Both the position numbers and the translations under genes were made by a program. DNA of 64,000 nucleotides from Utricularia gibba (Eukaryota; Plantae; Magnoliophyta), in contig CM007989.1 in assembly GCA_002189035.1 (NCBI GenBank), positions 7,936,001-8,000,000 of the forward strand, written 5' to 3'. Positions 57,960-64,000 of the stretch are shown in pieces; positions within the stretch are counted from its first letter, which is position 1; the number at the start of each line of letters is the position of its first letter. The notes beneath the pieces were generated by a model that searched no databases, had not been told where the DNA came from, and worked only from the letters and a program-made list of their open reading frames with translations.

Positions 57960-60426
57960 TCATAGCTGGGAGGCTGACGATGAGGTTCCCCGGAGGAGTT
58001 TCAGGAACCCTAAGAAGCTGAGTTTGCCGTCGGAGTGCCGAATCCAATCCTGAAGGACGAGGTGAAGAGGAACGGAGGGTCCAAGTCCCAGTTCCTGCGT
58101 AGCAAACCACGTTTTCGTAAACACGGCCTCGAAGAACACACGAGCAAGACGAGCTCCTGCTGTATACGTACCGACGCGAGGTCTTGAATGATGATGGGGT
58201 GGTTCCCGTCCTTGTCGAAGAAATCATAAGCGAGACGGGCGTGCTGCTCCCACCGCTGAGATCCTTCCATCTGGTGCACGCTTATCGCCGCAGCACAGAA
58301 TTCCTCGAAGTTCAGCTGCTTGCTCCGGTCCATGCAACTCACCTGTACTCAAATGGGGGAAGGTAAAGGAGTGCTTAAATCAACGAGAATTCCATTTGGT
58401 GGTTGTCGGGTTTTACCAGATGAACATACTCTAGAATCCGGGAATCTTTCATTGCTTCAGTCGAGTGCTTCGAAATCGTCTATGGGAAAAGGAAAGCGAA
58501 GGGTTAAGGAGGAGCTTCGGCAAGAAAACGGCAGCCCCGTGTACTACTCACCGATCTCAGATTGTGCAGAGATATCATTCCGCTTGCATTTGGGTTCAGA
58601 AGATTGAACTGCTCCCTGAGGTACCCCAGCTGCGCTACTGTCAGTGTTTTTGCAAGAGCCTGTTGGATCAAACAAGCCCATGTTTTCGTTTCTGTGCTGT
58701 TGCAGCATTCACTGTATCGAGAAAATGGAAAGCAGTACCCTTAGAGCTGACTTTCTGAGAGAAGAAGAGCAGCAGACATAGCCTTTCAGCAGCTTAAATA
58801 TCATCACATCCAGAGGTGTTTTCACTTCATGGTGTCCGGCTAGCCATGGATGACCTGAACCAGAAGCTGGTTTCTGATTCTGTTTACCTGCATTATGAGA
58901 TAAACATGGATGAATACTTACAAAGGGCTTGAGCTGCTGTTGGCCTTCTGCGATAATCCTTATTCAACAGACGCTTCACAAAGTCCACCGCTTCAGGAGA
59001 AAGATCTGGCCATGGGGACTCATCGAAACTTGGATCTGTTTTCAGAACAGCCTTGAAAATTCCTGATTCACTCCTTGCCCAAAAGGGTCTGCTTCCACAT
59101 AGGAGAATGTAAGCAATCACACCAACACTCCACATATCAGCCTCAGTGCCGTAGGATCTGTGCAGCACTTCAGGCGCTACATAATAAGCACTTCCCACGA
59201 TGTCGTTCAGCCGTTCGTCTGCTAAAAGAGAGAACTTTACATCTTTCAACCCCTCTATTCAGATCATGAAACAGATGAATGCACCTGGTTTTACATAATC
59301 AGAGAGTCCAAAGTCGATGGCCTTCAATGGCGAATGCTCGTCCTTGGAACCAAAGAGGAAATTCTGTGTTGTGAGGGAAGGTTTCAGTCTGGTTTTAAGG
59401 AAAGAAACTAAACTCACTGCTGTTAGAATCTTGCATTGATCAGCTCACCTCTGGCTTCAAGTCTCTGTGAACCACACCTTGTAGATGACAGTAGCCAACA
59501 ACACTAAGAATCTGCACCATTATAACCTTTGCATATTCTTCAGAGTACCTTCCTCCTCTAGAGAGTATGTGATCAAGAAGCTCCCCGCCTCTGCACAATC
59601 TGAAAACGAAAGCTCTTAAAAAATAGGAATAGGAAGAAGACGAGTTAAACAGCTTGAAGCCAACTTACTCCATTGCGATATACACACTTTCTTCATCCTC
59701 ATATGCCTCGTAGAATTGAACTAAATTCCTGTGTCCTGTCAAAGCTCTTAAAATCTTAACTTCCCTCCTCACATCCTCTACGGCAATGGCTGTAGTCATC
59801 TGCAGCATTGGTATAATAACACATTGCAGATCAATGTACTTTACGACAGTTTTGAACAGAAACAGAGACGAGGATGCTAATGTTTCCTATCAACTTCAAC
59901 CAAATCCGCAAGAACCATCAAAGGAGATTGCGATCAATGGATCAATCCAGAGTACAGAAAAAACACAGACCTTGGATTTCGGGATAACTTTGACAGCGAC
60001 ATCTTGGCCTTTCAAGGCTCCTTTCTTTCCCTTGGCTAAACAAGTGTAACCAAAGTGTCCTCTGCCCACCTCTTCTCCAATCTCGAAGTGAGCGCTTAAA
60101 TTCTTGCAAAAGCCAAAGCTTTTGTTTAAACCAATTACCTCAGACTCGCTCCCTTCGGGAATAGATTCTCCTCCACGCCTTCTAGCGATCAACGCTTTAA
60201 TGTGCTTAGCCGGAGACGGCGGCGGAAATGGGCGTTTAAGAAATCGCAGTGGAGTTGAAGGAATGCTCCATGAATTTGCAGGGGAGTCCTTGAAACCGCT
60301 GGGTAACGGACTTGGACTGAAAAATGGGAACCTTGGTGTTTTCCCAGATATGAAATCGATGCCATTCTCATCGGAGATTACAGGGTTTTCTGGTTCTTCA
60401 ACGGGCTTTCCAACACAAAGCCCCAT
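57960..60426 (-). CDS. CRK: CDPK-related kinase (CRK), 10 exons
   Basis: N-myristoylation-type MGLC start, [32 protein letters not shown]|[29 protein letters not shown], degenerate EF-hand region, and [15 protein letters not shown]. Confidence 0.94.
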
Positions 60427-62790
60427 GGAAACAACAAACAGTTTCGAGTAAACTGTAAAAACCAGATCAAATCAATGGAAAAAAATGCGATCTTGATCAG
60501 CTAGACAAGCAAGGAAGAGATGCTTTCAACTTAAGATGAGGAATCAGGTGAAAGAACTTTTGCTCTCACTACAAAAATGATTCTCGAACAGAGGTAACTG
60601 ATCTCAGAGCAGCGCAAGTATAACAGCAAGAGGGACCATTTAAACAAATAAAAGAAGCAACCTTTTGAAAAAGACAAAGCAGTGAAAAGATTCAGGACCA
60701 ATGCTCTGTAATGATAAAAAAGAAAAGAGATGCTTAGAAGAGAATGCCAGTGGAAAAAAAGACCCCACTTCTTGCATCCATCCCATCATCATCCTTTCCT
60801 CTGAGTTTCACACAACAGTTTTGACTTCAAGTCAGAGTTGACAAGACTTCTGTCTTAATGCTCAATTAAGGTATATTAATAAAAGAATATTTTAACCTTT
60901 TCAACAATAAATATCAAACATTTCATTCATTATAATAATAAAGTTAGATTCCCATTACTGTAAATTTGATTTTATCATTTTCAATTAATTTATTTATTGT
61001 TTTCAAAGTGGCAAAAGAAGATTTTTTTAAAAAAATAATACTAAATATTGATTGATTTAAGTATTTTAAAAATATAAAAAATCACTCAAAATTCAATTAC
61101 ATTTTTATTGATTTTAATATTCATTATTCAAAATGGATAAATCATGATTTTTAAAGTATGGATTATTTTACTATTTTATCATATTACTGATAAATGAACT
61201 CATTTCATATAAATTGTGTTATAGATGAGAAAATTAATAAAATATTTGAAAATCATTTATCATAGTATTAGTAAATTATATTAACTTGATATAATACGAA
61301 TTAAAAACTATTTTTTACTCGAATTACAAATAAAAACTTAAATATAAAAATAATTTCAAATCACCATATAATTTCATTACAAACATAAATTGATTATTTA
61401 GTTTGTTTCGATAACCCGATTTTAAAATACAAAAATAAATCACCTCTAAATCTGAATCTTAAAACTCGGAACTAGAAAAGTCGTGCCACGAAAAATATCA
61501 ACCTTATTTTTTCAATGCACTAAAGTTGGACTTTCGAAATAAAAAAGCCAAGAGAATTTATTCTCTTCCCTTAATTTGTCTACCCTTTTGTAAACTTTTG
61601 CCTCATCACAATTTCAAACTAAATTTTTTTAAAATTCGAATATTTATTTATTCATACTATTTTTCTTTAATTATTCTTATTAACAATTTTCTTTAATTCT
61701 TATATTTCATTATGCTCTTTAATAACACCTGGGGGGTTCTAATTTCAGCCTGGGAATTTGAGAATATTTTTTTTCTCAAAAAAGCCGACAAATAAAAGTG
61801 AAAAATATTTATTCCTTGATGCTATTCTCCATGCTTTTCATTCGGGGAATAAAGTAAATTATTAGAAAAAAGCTCTAGAGATGCGTACTTTCGATTTAAT
61901 TATTATAATTAAATTAAATATGGTATTAATTTAATCGAAATTGAGGTTTTAAATTTTTTTAATGTATACTTTAATTGCTCTGATTAATTATGATTATGGA
62001 GTCAACGTTGAGTAATTGCTATTTTTAATTATGTTTTACAAAAATCATTTATTGAAAAACGTTTCCAATAATAACAAGAAAATTTGCAGTGGTTATTCTG
62101 ATATTCTTGGTACGAGGTTGGGTGCATGTAGGGTTGAGTTAAATTTGATTGATAAATGAAAAAATTGATTAATTGAAAGACGGTTCGATTTGTATTAGTG
62201 AAATTTGGCGTAAATCAATTATTGATTAGTTCTATTATTACTGGATTAACTGTTTTTTAGATAATTTGATTAATTTTATCTTCGTTTTTAATTCGGTTTC
62301 GGTTATCAGTTTACTTATTTGATTATGGTTTCGTTTCGATTTCGGTTATCAGTTTATATAGTTATTTAGTTATGGGTTCGGTTCCCTCAATAAGTTATTT
62401 TGTAAATAACACAAGTTTAAAAACGTTTATACTTTTAGTAAACTATACATTATTTTAATATTTTATTAAAATTATTTTCGGACGAATGCAATCAAATACA
62501 ATTGGGCCATACATGTAAGAAAAAGGAGGTTTCCGTAATGGGTATATTGATAACGTCCAAAATAAGGCCCATCTACATAATGGGTTAAAAGCCCACCAAA
62601 ATTTTAGAATATTACGGAGTGCTTTATTATAATTTTTTAAGTTGTTAATAATTTGTATAAAATAAACAAATGTAGAAAGAATATAATAACCTTAATTTGA
62701 ATTATTATAAAAAAAAAATTCAACGACCAAACTCACTCGAATTCATTTTTAAAAGAATGATGACAGCTGGATTGGTGGCCATTCTCCGGG

Positions 62791-63798
62791 ATGGAAAAGC
62801 AGAGTAGCGCAATCGCCGACGGCGGACTCGAACCATGGGCTAACCTTCACGAAAAGGTGGTGATGGTTACCGGCGCGTCGTCCGGTATCGGCAGAGAGTT
62901 ATGCTTGGATTTGGCTGAAGCAGGCTGCAGAATCGTCGCCGCCGCTCGAAGAATCGACAATCTGAAATCCCTATGCGCAGAGATAAACAACTGCGGGGGA
63001 CATCTTGCAAAGGGATCCAGACGCGCGCCGTCGCTGTGGTTCTAGATATCGGATCAGGCGCGGCGGAGGTTGAGGCCTCAGTGGACAGGGCCTGGGCATC
63101 CTTCGGCAGAATTGATGCTCTAGTTAACAACGCCGGCATCCGAGGTAAAATAGGTCTCCGGATTTTTCTTCAAGCATTTGTTGTATTGTGAATTCCATTC
63201 AGAGAACTTCCGCAACGTAGGGAGTATACACACCCCCTTGACTTGAAGGAAGAGGAGTGGAACGACATCGTTAAGACGAATCTGACCGGAACTTGGTTAG
63301 TATCCAAGTATGTCTGTCGGCGAATGCGCGATTCCCGCCACGGCGGCTCCGTGGTGAACATCTCATCCATCAGTGGCCTCGAGCGGGGGCACCTCCCGGG
63401 CGGTTTGGCGTATAATTGCGCCAAAACTGCCATCAATTCGATGACTAAGGTGCCGTTGGATTGGATTTGAATCAGATTGGAGTTTTGATTGTTGACGATT
63501 GAATCTGACTTGCATCCAGGTGATGGCTCTGGAACTGGGGGCGTATAACATACGAGTGAACTCAATTTCACCGGGACTGTTCAAATCGGAGATAACTCAG
63601 GGACTGATGGAAAAGGAATGGCTGAAGAATGTGTTGACAAAAATAGTGCCGTTGCGGAGCTCCGGGACGGTGAATCCGGCGATGTCTTCGCTGCTGAGGT
63701 ACCTCATCGACGACTCTTCCGGTTACATCACCGGCAATATTTTCATCGTTGACGCCGGAGTCACCTTGCCCGGCATTCCTCTCTTCTCCTCCCTTTAA
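62791..63798 (+). CDS. Short-chain dehydrogenase/reductase (FabG-like), 3 exons; apparent 1-bp frameshift near 62995
   Basis: LEPW...[38 protein letters not shown], catalytic [15 protein letters not shown] and GNIFIVDAG. Confidence 0.92.
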
Positions 63799-64000
63799 CG
63801 CTTATAACCAAGCACAGTCCCATTCTGCAAAAAAGTGTGTTTGGTCAGACCCCTTCTATATCAAATAAGGGGTTAATTATTTAATAAATAAGGAAATACC
63901 CATTATTATGATTTTGATTGTTTTCCGACAATTAAATTTAATAATTATTAAAAATAACCTTTGACGGAAATAACCTTCCAGGGGCCCACAATCGCTATTC

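Noticed and set aside
62129-62390. TAGGGTTGAG start with repeated CGGTT motifs suggesting a hAT relic
   Set aside because: No matching right TIR or 8-bp TSD found; too degenerate to call.
11210-62999. Programmed ribosomal frameshifting or true pseudogenes as the explanation of the four G/C-run frameshifts
   Set aside because: No slippery heptamer or pseudoknot context and no other decay in these genes; homopolymer sequencing error is more parsimonious.
1-64000. Conserved miRNA, tRNA, rRNA, CRISPR, organellar or viral sequences
   Set aside because: Scanned by eye for common plant miRNA mature sequences and for these element types; none recognised. A covariance-model search would be needed to exclude them.

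Overview
Plant (eudicot) nuclear DNA with very high gene density: about 22 short-intron protein-coding genes in 64 kb, separated by short AT-rich spacers. Gene order: R2R3-MYB (partial, -), class-3 lipase (+), ELP4 (-), DOF5.7/SCAP1-like (+), PNO1 (+), AIL6/PLT3-like (-), NET2 (-), SVP-clade MADS (-), hAT-transposase-derived BED-finger gene (+), a ~65-aa uncharacterised protein (-), guanylate kinase (-), DYW-PPR (-), polygalacturonase (+), PXC3-like LRR-RLK (-), an uncharacterised gene (-), TFIIB (+), RPS15 (+), GDSL lipase (-), SMG7 (+), PB1-domain Raf-like kinase (-), CRK (-) and an SDR (+). No rRNA, tRNA, CRISPR, organellar or viral insert was recognised. The most notable observations are: (1) an intron-containing, truncated hAT transposase that looks domesticated; (2) an SVP-like gene with substitutions at near-invariant MADS residues and a frameshifting insertion that removes the conserved SLKL tail; (3) a stop-free in-frame intron in a PPR gene; (4) the SMG7 3'UTR two-intron NMD feedback architecture and an overlapping uORF; (5) four genes each broken by an apparent 1-bp deletion in a G/C run, which more likely reflects long-read assembly error than biology; (6) two non-autonomous DNA-transposon-like elements with visible TIRs. 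All family assignments come from manual reading and recalled motifs; no database search was run, and exon boundaries were placed by eye.
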